Assembly: GCA_965203905.1 (NCBI GenBank)
Contig: CBDBDQ010000005.1
Location: 4,960,001-5,024,000, forward strand
Direction of reading: 5' to 3'
DNA from: Spirochaetia bacterium
Lineage (GTDB): Bacteria; Spirochaetota; Spirochaetia; SZUA-6; Bin103
Length of the DNA: 64,000 nucleotides
Below the pieces are notes generated by a model, which was not told the origin of the DNA, did not search any database, and saw only the letters and a program-made list of their open reading frames with translations. Of the stretch, positions 9,325 to 18,231 are shown piece after piece. The position numbers and the translations under genes are program-made. Position 1 is the stretch's first letter; each line of letters starts with the position of its first letter.

Positions 9325-11271
9325 CTATTCCTCGCCCGTGGGAATGATCGGCACGACCACACGTGACGGAAAGCGGGTGCTGGTGTGCACGGTGTTGTCG
9401 GCCGTTACCATCCGCGTGTGCCTGCCCACCGGCTCGCCGGTATTCGGGTTCACGTCGAAGCGCGGGAAGTTCGAGCTCGAGACGTCCACCCGAATGCGGT
9501 GGCCTTGCTTGAAGACATTCGATGTCGGCCAGAGTGTGACCGTCAGCTCGTACGGCTTGCCCGGGACCATCGGCTCAGGCCTGGTCCAGGAATTGCGATA
9601 ACGAACGCGTTGGATCGTATCGACCAGATTGAGGTGATAGCCCTCCGGGTATTCCCCACTCGCCGGGTAGACATCGATGAGCTTGACCGTGAAGTCGGTG
9701 TCGACGGCAGTCGATGACACCCACAGCTTCACCGTCACGGTACCGGTAATCTCGGTGTCGGCTGCCAATGGCGCGGTCTCGAACGTCAGCACGTCCGACC
9801 GGTCTCTCAGCAGTTGGTACGGCTCATGGGCGCCGATCCACTGCGGTCCCTCCTGCTGGTGAAAACCACCACTCTCGATCACCTCGCGGAGGTTGTTGCG
9901 GGCGAGCGTCCACTGGTCCATGTGGCGTGGCACCTCGTCGCGCGCCGGCCCGCCCTCTGCAGGAGGAATGATCTCGAACATGCCCACGAGCGGACCGCCT
10001 ACCGTGGGGACCGGACTCCGCGGATCGAACGTGTAGGTGAGCGAACTGTCCGCGTCATCCGGAGCTGACTCGTCGAGCGATCCATCTTGGTGCAGGTAAA
10101 AGGTCTGCAGCCTGGCACGGGCCAGCGGCCACTCGGCCTCGTTGCGCCAGTATCCGCCGTGGTTCAGATTGCCGCGCCCGGTCCGGGTTCCGTCTCCGGT
10201 ACCCATGACGAAGATGCGGACCGGCGCGCTCTCCTGGGCGCGCGCCATCCCCTTGAGGTGCTCGTCGAAGAACCTCAGCCGTTCGGGGTTGTAGACCGCG
10301 TTGGACCACACGCTCTGGTGGCCGGTGTCGACATCGCCGTGCCAGGAGTGCGAGGTGCGCGTCCCGCCGTGACACCAGGGACCGAGGATCAGCCGCGTCG
10401 GTGATGCGTTGCGGCGGCTCATCTCGATGAAGTAGTTGCACGTCGCGCCCACGAAGTTGTCATACCAGCCGCAGAAAACGGTCATCGGCACATCGGCGTG
10501 CTCGTCGAAATGTGGCTCCTGGTTGCAGCACTCGCGGTCCCACCACGCGTCGTAGTCGCCGCGGTAGTAGTAGTCCAACGCCGTCCGCTCCAGACTCGGC
10601 GCCACGCGCAACGCCGTCTCACCCGGCCCGAGCGGGAGTTTTTTCAGCCATGCGCGCATGTTGCGCATTGCATCCAGGATCGTCCGGGCCTTGCCCGGAT
10701 CGTCACCCACCTCGTGGCAGTCCAGGGCATGCAGATGCGCTGCCGCGAACATCTGCAGGGACGCCGCTCCGCCTTCGCGGGCCTCATGGCGGTAGATGTC
10801 GGTCGGGCCCGCCTCGACCCACATCGCGGCGAGGTGGGGCGGCCTGCGCAACGCCAGCAGGGTCTGGGTTATCGCGCGGTGCGATGAGCCGAGGGTGCCG
10901 ATCCTGCCGGAGCACCAGTCGCACGCCGCCAGCCATTCGACGGTGTCGTAGCCATCGTCTCCCTCCCACGGATTGGCCGTGTGGAAGTAGCTGCCGTCAC
11001 CCTCGGAGCGGAAGCGTGAGCGCAAGTCCTGCACCACGAAGGCGTAGCCGCGGCGCACGTAGTAGGGGATGACGTCATCCCACTCCGAGGAGGTCTTGTC
11101 GTATGACGTACGCACCAGCAGGGCCGGTACTTCGTCCTCAAGCAGGCTGCCATCGCCGTGGCACGGCAAGTGGATGTCGGTGGCGAGACGGACCCCGTCG
11201 CGCATCGGGATCATGGTGTCACGCTCGACGTGCACGCCGTGGCGGGGTGGGGAGGGAACGTAAGACGGCAT
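9325..11271 (-). CDS. CocE/NonD family serine hydrolase
   Basis: 'IPMRDGVRLATDI', nucleophile elbow 'GTLGSSH', 'GWYD', 'GPWCH', 'RIRVDVSSSNFPRF'. ATG overlaps the upstream stop (TGATG). Confidence 0.9.
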   Translation of the reverse strand: MPSYVPSPPRHGVHVERDTMIPMRDGVRLATDIHLPCHGDGSLLEDEVPALLVRTSYDKTSSEWDDVIPYYVRRGYAFVVQDLRSRFRSEGDGSYFHTANPWEGDDGYDTVEWLAACDWCSGRIGTLGSSHRAITQTLLALRRPPHLAAMWVEAGPTDIYRHEAREGGAASLQMFAAAHLHALDCHEVGDDPGKARTILDAMRNMRAWLKKLPLGPGETALRVAPSLERTALDYYYRGDYDAWWDRECCNQEPHFDEHADVPMTVFCGWYDNFVGATCNYFIEMSRRNASPTRLILGPWCHGGTRTSHSWHGDVDTGHQSVWSNAVYNPERLRFFDEHLKGMARAQESAPVRIFVMGTGDGTRTGRGNLNHGGYWRNEAEWPLARARLQTFYLHQDGSLDESAPDDADSSLTYTFDPRSPVPTVGGPLVGMFEIIPPAEGGPARDEVPRHMDQWTLARNNLREVIESGGFHQQEGPQWIGAHEPYQLLRDRSDVLTFETAPLAADTEITGTVTVKLWVSSTAVDTDFTVKLIDVYPASGEYPEGYHLNLVDTIQRVRYRNSWTRPEPMVPGKPYELTVTLWPTSNVFKQGHRIRVDVSSSNFPRFDVNPNTGEPVGRHTRMVTADNTVHTSTRFPSRVVVPIIPTGEE

Positions 11272-13055
11272 CAAGCTTCGCGCGCCTCCCCGCTGCGGGA
11301 GCCGCAACCCCCGTATGGAACGGGTGATGTTGGTATGACGGGCAACGTGACGTGCGTCGGATGGTCGGCGTCGTGGTAGATGGTCTGGTTGGCGATGGTG
11401 ATCTGGGTGTCGGTCTCGATGCGATTGCCGCTGTTCAGATTGCGGTTGTAGCGCGGGAAATTCGACGAGGAGATTTCGACGCGAATCCTGTGCCCTTCCT
11501 GGAACAGGTTCGAGGTGTCCCACAGGTCGATCTCGAACCGGTAGATCTCACCCGGCGTCATGAGCTCAGGATTGTCGGTGCCGCTTCTGAATCTCGCCCG
11601 CACGATTCCCTCGCAGAGTGCGATCGCTCTTTCCGGTGAGTCGTCCGTGGCCGGCTCGACGTCCACAAGTGCGGCGGTGAAGTCGGTGTCGAGTGCGTCG
11701 GAGCTGGCAAAGATCGTCGCCGAAACGGGTCCCGTCACCTCGACCGGTTCGTGCAGAACGTCCGTGGTGAAGACCAGCACGTCCGCGCGCCGTTCGATCT
11801 CGGAGCGATCACGTGGACCGCACCGATCCAGGCTCTGGTATTGGGCGCCCCACGACGGCACCGGGTCGGCAGGGTCGTAAGTAAAGCGGTCGGGAGCTTC
11901 ATCGGCGGCGGCAGGACTCGTCGAGATCCATCCACCCTTGCCGGCCGCATCGCCGGCGCTGTGCAGGTAGAACCTGGTCCATTCGGTCCGCGCCAGCGGC
12001 CATTCGGTTTCGTATCGCCACGCATTCCTGCCCATCACGAACAGCTTGATGGGAGGGTCCTGGTCGATTCCGGTAGCGACGCCCTTCAAGCGCTGATCAT
12101 ACCAGCGGGTGTGCATGTCGATGACGTCCCACAAAGCCGGCTCGCCAAAGGTCCGGTCCTGGTACTCGCCGTTATCGCCGAGAGGCAATCGTCCCCACGG
12201 AGAGACCTGGTGACTCCAGGGCCCGACGATCAACTTCGTTTTCCCGCGGGCGTCACCGGTTCGCGCCTGCCCGGTCCAGCCCTTGAACAGCTTGAAGTTC
12301 TCGTGCAGCAGCGAGTCGTACCAGCCGGTGACGAACAGCGCCGGCACTGCCATCTCGCCATACTTGTTGCGCAAGCTGTAGCTGTCCCACCAGGCGTCGT
12401 ATTGCTCGTGATCGATGACGCCCCGGTAGTACGGATGCGTGGGTGTGATCGCCTCCATCGCGGTGTCGATCGGCAGCCGCTTGAACAGTTCCTGCTGATC
12501 GTAGTGCTTGAGCGATTCGCTCTGCATCGAGCGGCCGAGCATGTTGAGGAACGTGAGCGAGACGCTGTGGTGGATCACGCCATCGATCCGGTGGTGGCCG
12601 TAGTTGTCCTGCTGAGAAGCGATCGGCGCGACCGCTTTCAGGTATTGCGAACGAAGTGAAGCGGGAAGCGTCTGGGTGAAGCCGGGATAGGACAGGCCGA
12701 ACGTGCCGAGGTTGCCGTCGCACCAGGGTTGCCGGCCGATCCACTCGTGGGTGTCGTAGCCGTCGTGCAACTCGCATACGTAGGGTTCCCACTCGCCGTC
12801 GGAGTCACCCCGGCCCCGGCAGTCCTGCATGACCACCGCGTAGCCCCGCGCAGTGAATCCTCGTGCCCAGCCGATGTAGCGCGGCTCCTGGTTGTCGTAG
12901 ATCGTGCGCAGCAGCAGCGTTGGCCAGGGCCCGTCGCCTTGAGAAGAGTCCGGCAACCAGATGTCGGCGGAGAGATTCACTCCGTCGCGCATCGGCACCG
13001 GGATGTTGATGAGCAGTCGACCGGGTTCAACGAGCGGCTCGTGCTGTGTCATCAA
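11271..13055 (-). CDS. CocE/NonD family serine hydrolase
   Basis: 'VPMRDGVNLSAD', 'GTFGLSYPG', 'GWYD', 'GPWSH', 'SSSNFPRY'. Confidence 0.9.
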   Translation of the reverse strand: MMTQHEPLVEPGRLLINIPVPMRDGVNLSADIWLPDSSQGDGPWPTLLLRTIYDNQEPRYIGWARGFTARGYAVVMQDCRGRGDSDGEWEPYVCELHDGYDTHEWIGRQPWCDGNLGTFGLSYPGFTQTLPASLRSQYLKAVAPIASQQDNYGHHRIDGVIHHSVSLTFLNMLGRSMQSESLKHYDQQELFKRLPIDTAMEAITPTHPYYRGVIDHEQYDAWWDSYSLRNKYGEMAVPALFVTGWYDSLLHENFKLFKGWTGQARTGDARGKTKLIVGPWSHQVSPWGRLPLGDNGEYQDRTFGEPALWDVIDMHTRWYDQRLKGVATGIDQDPPIKLFVMGRNAWRYETEWPLARTEWTRFYLHSAGDAAGKGGWISTSPAAADEAPDRFTYDPADPVPSWGAQYQSLDRCGPRDRSEIERRADVLVFTTDVLHEPVEVTGPVSATIFASSDALDTDFTAALVDVEPATDDSPERAIALCEGIVRARFRSGTDNPELMTPGEIYRFEIDLWDTSNLFQEGHRIRVEISSSNFPRYNRNLNSGNRIETDTQITIANQTIYHDADHPTHVTLPVIPTSPVPYGGCGSRSGEAREA

Positions 13056-13085
13056 AAACCACCACGCTGCGGAGCGAGCGCCGAG

Positions 13086-13682
13086 TCAGCGCAGACAGCT
13101 CTGCACCGCCTCCCGATAGCGCTCCAGCCCCGGGGTCCGCAGGCCCTCCACCTTGGCCAGGTCGTCCCACCGCCTGAGCCGCAGCGCATCCTGCGCATGC
13201 GGGTTGCGCTCGAACTCCGCTCGCTCGGCGGCCGACAGCGGCCCGCCTTGGAGCCGGAAGCTGCGTTTCGAGGCGCGGGACAGGGCGTCGTAGTAGGCGG
13301 CATCGGTGGTGCACAGGTAGCGCTTGGCAGGCACGTGCAGCCGCATCGGCTCGGTGAGCCGCTCGATGAAGTACGGCTGCAGGTAGCTGGCGCCGACCTC
13401 CTCGTGGAGCAGGTCCTCGGTCAGGTAGTCGGCCTGCTCGTCATTCTCATCGACCAGGAAATGGCCGAGGTCGTGCAGCAGGGCAGCCGCCACCTGCACC
13501 GGGTCAGCCTCTGCGAGCTCGGCCTGGCGCGCGCACTGCAGCGCATGCTGGAGCTGCGTGACCGACTCGTCGTAGAAGGACCGGCCGCGCCGGCGCATGT
13601 AGGCGAACAGCGCATCCACCTTCTGCGACGGCGTGCCGCGGGCCAGGTCGGCTGCCAACGTCGGGTCCACCAGCGCACTCAT
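13086..13682 (-). CDS. HD-domain protein, PhnZ/TmpB-like phosphonate-degradation diiron oxygenase
   Basis: 'Y.ESVTQLQHALQCA', 'LLHDLGH', 'HEEVGA', 'LHVPAKRYL', 'S..S..LQGG', 'LRRWDDLAK'. Confidence 0.82.
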   Translation of the reverse strand: MSALVDPTLAADLARGTPSQKVDALFAYMRRRGRSFYDESVTQLQHALQCARQAELAEADPVQVAAALLHDLGHFLVDENDEQADYLTEDLLHEEVGASYLQPYFIERLTEPMRLHVPAKRYLCTTDAAYYDALSRASKRSFRLQGGPLSAAERAEFERNPHAQDALRLRRWDDLAKVEGLRTPGLERYREAVQSCLR

Positions 13683-13688
13683 CGCCCC

Positions 13689-13694
13689 ATGATA
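13689..13694 (-). promoter_or_regulatory. Putative -10 box for leaderless transcript of the HD gene
   Basis: TATCAT lies 6 nt upstream of ATG 13682; no SD sequence. Confidence 0.4.
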
Positions 13695-13838
13695 CGCCGG
13701 AACCGAACGTCGTCGCCACGATGGCGACGGCGCATTGCCACGCGAACAGTCCACGCACAGCGGCCTGGCCTCGATAAGGCCGGAGGTCGAAGCCCACAGC
13801 GCGTACCGCGACGGCGCGGCCGACCGGTCATGATCGTG

Positions 13839-13873
13839 CTCGGCACTCGGCACTCGGCACTCGGCACTCGGCG
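13839..13873. repeat. 7-bp tandem repeat (CTCGGCA)x4 plus CTCGGCG
   Basis: Read directly from sequence; intergenic. Confidence 0.9.
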
Positions 13874-14018
13874 CCCGCGGCTCGGCGACCAGGAGATGGT
13901 GTCGCGCGCTGAGGCGATCCGCGGGATCGAGCAGGATCTCGGCGTCCGTTCCGGCGCCGCCACCCTGCAATATCCGCACGCCGCGGTGAGCGGCGCGCTC
14001 AACAGGCGTACAACATGC

Positions 14019-14633
14019 TCACGTCACCAAGTCTCGCGGCGCGGAGCGCTGCCGGCGACCGTGCCGGTAGCGGTGATGAAGCCGCGCAGCGTAGCCTCAA
14101 GTTTTTCGGCTCCGCACCGCCGCCCCGCGCGACCGGAACGATGTGGTCGATCTCCAGGAAGAAGCGCGAGCCGCAGCGCCGCCCGGTGTGCCGGTCGACG
14201 TAGGTGCAGCAGCTAAGTCGCGCCGCCAAACCTCGCGCTTGACCTCAGCGGGAATCGATCTGCCGGATGACTTTATGGGCTTCGCCGCGGCAGTCCGCCC
14301 GACCGATCGGCCGCCGCCAGCGCTGCGACCCGGAATCGATCTGCCGGCCGGTTTGCCGGACTTCGCCGCCGAAGTTTGCACCGCCAATCCCGCGCCGCCG
14401 GTTGCCACGCGAGGCTTCGGCGCCGAAGTCAGCTCCGCCGATCCTGCACCGTCGGAGCTCGGAACCGGAATCGAACTGCCGGCAGCCACGCGAGGCTTCG
14501 CCGTGAAAGTCCGTCCCGCCGAAATCGAATCGCCGGCTGCGTTTGCCGCGGCATTCTGCGCGGGGGTGTTCGCCCTGCCGTGATTACTCGGTGTCGGGCT
14601 CGTGGATGCGGCTTGCGCGTGGCTCGAAGAATC
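14019..14633 (-). pseudogene. Truncated, frameshifted HNH endonuclease gene (paralog of 43678-45213)
   Basis: 'SIPAEVKREVWRRD' and 'CCTYVD..GRRCGSRFFLEIDHIVP..RGG' lie in different frames; two indels relative to the intact copy; N-terminal half missing. Confidence 0.85.
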
Positions 14634-14763
14634 CGTCGTCGATACCGTTCGCGGCCAAGGCCCCCAGGACCCAATCGAGGATGCGCTTGCCCTGTACCTC
14701 GGCAAAGCACTTCGGGCGTCCGCGGTGGTCGGCATGAGTCGCTGTCCGCGACCGGCACCGATG
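14634..14763 (-). pseudogene. Fragment of nucleotidyltransferase gene (copy of 23146-23276)
   Basis: Near-identical DNA with a 1-bp deletion. Confidence 0.85.
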
Positions 14764-14818
14764 TCGCTTCAATCTTGCCTGGCTCGAGGACCCGGCTGAC
14801 GGGGACGCATGAAGCTGT

Positions 14819-15059
14819 CTACTTGGAGGGATCGGCGGCGTCGCGCAGCCCGTCACCCAGGAAATTGATGCCAGAACCGTCACTACCACCAAGGTTCCCG
14901 GAATGAGCAGCCACGGGGTGATGGCGACCATGCGGACGTTCTGCGCCTGCTGCAGCATCACGCCCCAGCTCACGACCGGCGCACGCAGGCCGATGCCGAT
15001 GAAGCTGAGAGCCGTTTCGCCCAGGATCATGCCGGGCACCGCCAGGGTAAGGAAGACGA
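14819..15059 (-). pseudogene. 3' fragment of DppC permease (copy of 24676-24917)
   Basis: Near-identical DNA; 1-bp deletion shifts the GDGLRDAADP end out of frame. Confidence 0.85.
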
Positions 15060-15096
15060 GAGTTTCGTGCTCGGCAACACTGCCGCTCGAAACGAG

Positions 15097-15125
15097 TTGC
15101 CGGCGCTGAGCGGCAGTGGTACGCT
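15097..15125 (+). promoter_or_regulatory. sigma70-like promoter, leaderless start
   Basis: TTGCCG-17bp-TACGCT with extended TG, 6 nt before ATG 15132. Confidence 0.55.
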
Positions 15126-15131
15126 AGCGCC

Positions 15132-16070
15132 ATGCGCATCGCCAACCCCATGTACGACGCTGCATTCAAGTACCTGATGGATGACGATGCGTCGGCGCGG
15201 CTGCTGGTGGGCGCGGTGCTGGGCGAGGAGGTCGAAAGCCTGCAGCCGCTGCCGCAGGAGCGGGCGGTGCGGCTGGAGCCGGCGCCCGGTGAGCCTGCGT
15301 CCGGCGAGTTGCTGACCGTGCGGCGGGTGGACTTCGCGGCCACCGTGCGGACCGCTTCCGGCGACCGCTTGCGGGTGCTGGTGGAGGTGCAGAAGGCGCG
15401 CTTCACCGACGAAGTGATGCGCTTCCGGGAGTACCTGGGCCGCCACTATGCGGACCGGGAGAACTACGACACGGGGCCGGACGGGAGGCGCCGCCACCGA
15501 CCGTTGCGGGCGATCTACATCCTGGGCGAGTGTCTGCCGCGCACCGAGGCGACGGTGCTGAAGGTGTCTCGGGAGTACCTGGACGCGGTCACCGGCCAGC
15601 GGCTGGCGGAGCAGGAGGAGTTCGTGGAGGCGCTGAGCCACGACTGCTGGGTAGTGCAGGTGCCGCTGCTGGCGTCGCGGCGGCACAGCGACCTGGAGCG
15701 GCTGCTGAGCGTGTTCGACCAAGCGTTGCAGGTGCCCGGCAACCGCAAGCTGCTGGAGGTGGGCGAGCGGCAAGTGCCGGAGCGCTACGCGCCGGTGTTG
15801 CGGCGCTTGGAGGGCGCCGCGGCGAGCGTGGAGGTGGCGGACTCGATGGCGCTGGAGGACGAGGTATTGGAGACCTGGGGGCGCATGAAGCGGGAGATCG
15901 CTGCGAAGGATGCGACCCTGACGCGGGAACGGGCGGAGCATAACGCGGCGCTGGCAGAGAAGGATGCGGCCCTGGCGCGGGAACGGGCGGAGCGCGAGGC
16001 GGCCCAGGAGCGCGCGGCCGAGATGGCGCGGCGGCTGGCGGATCTCGGTCGCGAGTCGGGCAATTCATAG
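15132..16070 (+). CDS. Rpn-like PD-(D/E)XK nuclease-family protein with coiled-coil tail (copy 1)
   Basis: 'NP.YD.AFKYL', 'RVDF', 'LVEVQK', 'MRF..YL', 'IYIL'; repetitive helical C-terminus. Confidence 0.7.
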   Translation: MRIANPMYDAAFKYLMDDDASARLLVGAVLGEEVESLQPLPQERAVRLEPAPGEPASGELLTVRRVDFAATVRTASGDRLRVLVEVQKARFTDEVMRFREYLGRHYADRENYDTGPDGRRRHRPLRAIYILGECLPRTEATVLKVSREYLDAVTGQRLAEQEEFVEALSHDCWVVQVPLLASRRHSDLERLLSVFDQALQVPGNRKLLEVGERQVPERYAPVLRRLEGAAASVEVADSMALEDEVLETWGRMKREIAAKDATLTRERAEHNAALAEKDAALARERAEREAAQERAAEMARRLADLGRESGNS

Positions 16071-16102
16071 GGATACCGTCCGCATCCACCTCGTTTCGAA
16101 GC

Positions 16103-16155
16103 GGAATCAAAGGGGCAGCGGGTGGTTATGGATGGCAGGCCCACCCGCTGCACCC
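16103..16155. repeat. Hairpin element shared with 31942-31988
   Basis: GGAATCA..GGGGCAGCGGGTGG-N15-CCACCCGCTGC, 11-bp perfect stem. Confidence 0.55.
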
Positions 16156-16208
16156 GTACCGTCAAGATTGCCGACCGCGGTCTGCCCTGGAGCTGGAAGC
16201 TGCGCGGG

Positions 16209-16420
16209 CCTCTTTCCGTAGACAGGAAGTTGTTCTGATGGGCGTCTCCGTGCAGTAACGACGGGGTGACCTCTTTGCCGCAGAGTGAGGGCAGGCGAGA
16301 CCTAAGTCGTTCCACCTCATGCGCCAGCTCCACGGGTAGCCGTCCCGAGTCTACCGTCGCCTCCAGCCGTGGCGCTATGCGGTGCTCCCAGTAGAACTCG
16401 GTCCAATCATCCGAACGTCG
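16209..16420 (-). pseudogene. Internal fragment of fructosamine kinase/APH-family gene
   Basis: 'DWTEFYWEHRIAPRL...PSLLHGDAHQNNFL'; both ends missing. Confidence 0.65.
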
Positions 16421-16450
16421 AGTTGCTACTACCAATGTATCCGGGCCGTA

Positions 16451-17290
16451 TCAGCTCTTGATCCCGACCATCGCCATTCCCGTGATCAGCCGCCCTCGCA
16501 GCACCGCGAAGAAAACCACCGTTGGCACTACAGCAGCAACCGACATCGCAAACAATTCGCCGTAGGCGGTCGAGAATTCGCTTTCGAACAGCACCAGGCC
16601 AACGGGTATCGTCCTCAGGTGAGACCTGCTGGCCACGATCAGGGGCCAGATCAGGCTGTTCCAATTGCCCATGAACGTGAAGATGGCCAGGGCGCCCAAC
16701 GCCGGCTGGCACATCGGCATGATCAGGCTGCGGAAGATCCTGAACTCGCCAACTCCGTCGATGCGCCCGGCCTCACTGTAGTCCTTGGGAATGGTGATCA
16801 TGAACTGGCGCATCCAGAAGATGGCGAACGGGCTGACGATCACCGGGACGATCAGTCCCAGGTACGTGTTTGTCCAGCCGAGGTTGCGGACGATGATAGC
16901 CAACGGAACGATGAGGACCTCGATCGGCACCATCATCGTCACCAGGACCAACAGGAACAGGGCCTGGTTGCCGCGATAGTCGAACTTGGCCAGGCTGTAT
17001 CCGGCCATCGAGCACAGCAGCAGCGTGCCACCGGTAACGGCGACTGCGACCACCGTGCTGTTGACGAAGTAGACACCGAAGTTCAATTCAGCGAAGGGAC
17101 GCGTGAAGTTGCTGAGCTGCACGCGCCTGGGAATCCACTCCAGCGGCACCGTGAAGATATCGGCGGCCGGCTTCAGCGCCGACACGAAGGTGTAAAGCAT
17201 CGGCACCAGGAAGAGGATCGCCAGTGCCGCCGCCACCGCGAACAGTCCGGCCTTCTCGAGATTCGCGCGGGAGATGAGCGCCCTGGTCAT
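16451..17290 (-). CDS. Carbohydrate ABC transporter permease (MalG/UgpE-like)
   Basis: 'AGYSLAK..Y.G', 'IPKDYSEAGRIDG', 'WNSLIWPLI'. Confidence 0.92.
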   Translation of the reverse strand: MTRALISRANLEKAGLFAVAAALAILFLVPMLYTFVSALKPAADIFTVPLEWIPRRVQLSNFTRPFAELNFGVYFVNSTVVAVAVTGGTLLLCSMAGYSLAKFDYRGNQALFLLVLVTMMVPIEVLIVPLAIIVRNLGWTNTYLGLIVPVIVSPFAIFWMRQFMITIPKDYSEAGRIDGVGEFRIFRSLIMPMCQPALGALAIFTFMGNWNSLIWPLIVASRSHLRTIPVGLVLFESEFSTAYGELFAMSVAAVVPTVVFFAVLRGRLITGMAMVGIKS

Positions 17291-18174
17291 GCGCTGTCGT
17301 ACCGGTACAGACGCATCTGCACGAGGGTGAAGATCAGGATGATCGCCAACACGACGACCGACATCGCGGATGCCACCCCCATCCGCAGCCGCGCGAACCC
17401 GAACTCGTAGATGATGAGTCCGACGACGCGGGTGGCCTCTCCGGGGCCGCCACCGGTCATGACCAGAAACGGCGGGAATCCGCGGATCGAATTGATCACG
17501 CCCACCACCACCATGTAGAACAGCGTAGGCTTGAGCAGCGGCAGTACCACGTGCAGGAATCGTCTGAATGCGCCGGCGCCATCGATGACGCTGGCCTCCA
17601 GTACGTCCCTGGGGATGGTCTGCAGACCGGCGAGGACTATGATCGCGTAGTAGCCCACTGCTGACCAGACCGTGGAGATCGTGATGGCGGTAAGCGCGTA
17701 GTCACCCGCCGTCAACCACGAAATCGGTCCGATGCCCAACGGCAACGTGAGCTGTTCGATCAGGCCGAAGGGCCGGTACAGGAGCTTCCAGACGACCGCG
17801 ACGACCGCTATCGGAAACACGTACGGGATGAAGTAGACGCCGGTGAAGAAGCCGCTGAATGCGATCCGCTGATTGATGACGGTGCCGATGAACAGGGCCA
17901 GGGCGATGAGCACCGCGACGCGGGCGAGGACGTAGACCGCCGTGACCTGCAGCGAATTGGCGAACGACGGCATGGTGAAGATGCGGGCATAGTTGGCAAG
18001 GCCCACGAACGTCGGTGGCGAGAGGATCGTGAACTTCGTGAAGCTGACGATGACGGCGACGAAGATCGGGGCAATGAGGAAGGCGGCCAGCAGCACCAGC
18101 GCCGGTGCGAAGAACAGCAGGCCGGTGGTCCTGAGCCGCCTGATGTACCCGGGGCCGCGGGGATCAGCAGACAT
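17287..18174 (-). CDS. Carbohydrate ABC transporter permease (MalF/UgpA-like)
   Basis: 'FVGLANY', 'LAGLQTIP..VLEASVIDGA', 'MTGGGPG'. Confidence 0.92.
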   Translation of the reverse strand: MSADPRGPGYIRRLRTTGLLFFAPALVLLAAFLIAPIFVAVIVSFTKFTILSPPTFVGLANYARIFTMPSFANSLQVTAVYVLARVAVLIALALFIGTVINQRIAFSGFFTGVYFIPYVFPIAVVAVVWKLLYRPFGLIEQLTLPLGIGPISWLTAGDYALTAITISTVWSAVGYYAIIVLAGLQTIPRDVLEASVIDGAGAFRRFLHVVLPLLKPTLFYMVVVGVINSIRGFPPFLVMTGGGPGEATRVVGLIIYEFGFARLRMGVASAMSVVVLAIILIFTLVQMRLYRYDSA

Positions 18175-18231
18175 CGCCAGCCGGCCGTTGGTTGCCCTCT
18201 GAGCCGCCGGTCCTCCGCCCCGGTCTGCTTC

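Noticed and set aside
12729-14216. 495-aa + strand ORF
   Set aside because: Antisense to the CocE, HD and HNH sequences; no recognisable domain
15061-16075. Rpn-like gene as an autonomous IS
   Set aside because: No TIRs or TSD; the second copy is explained by the larger block duplication
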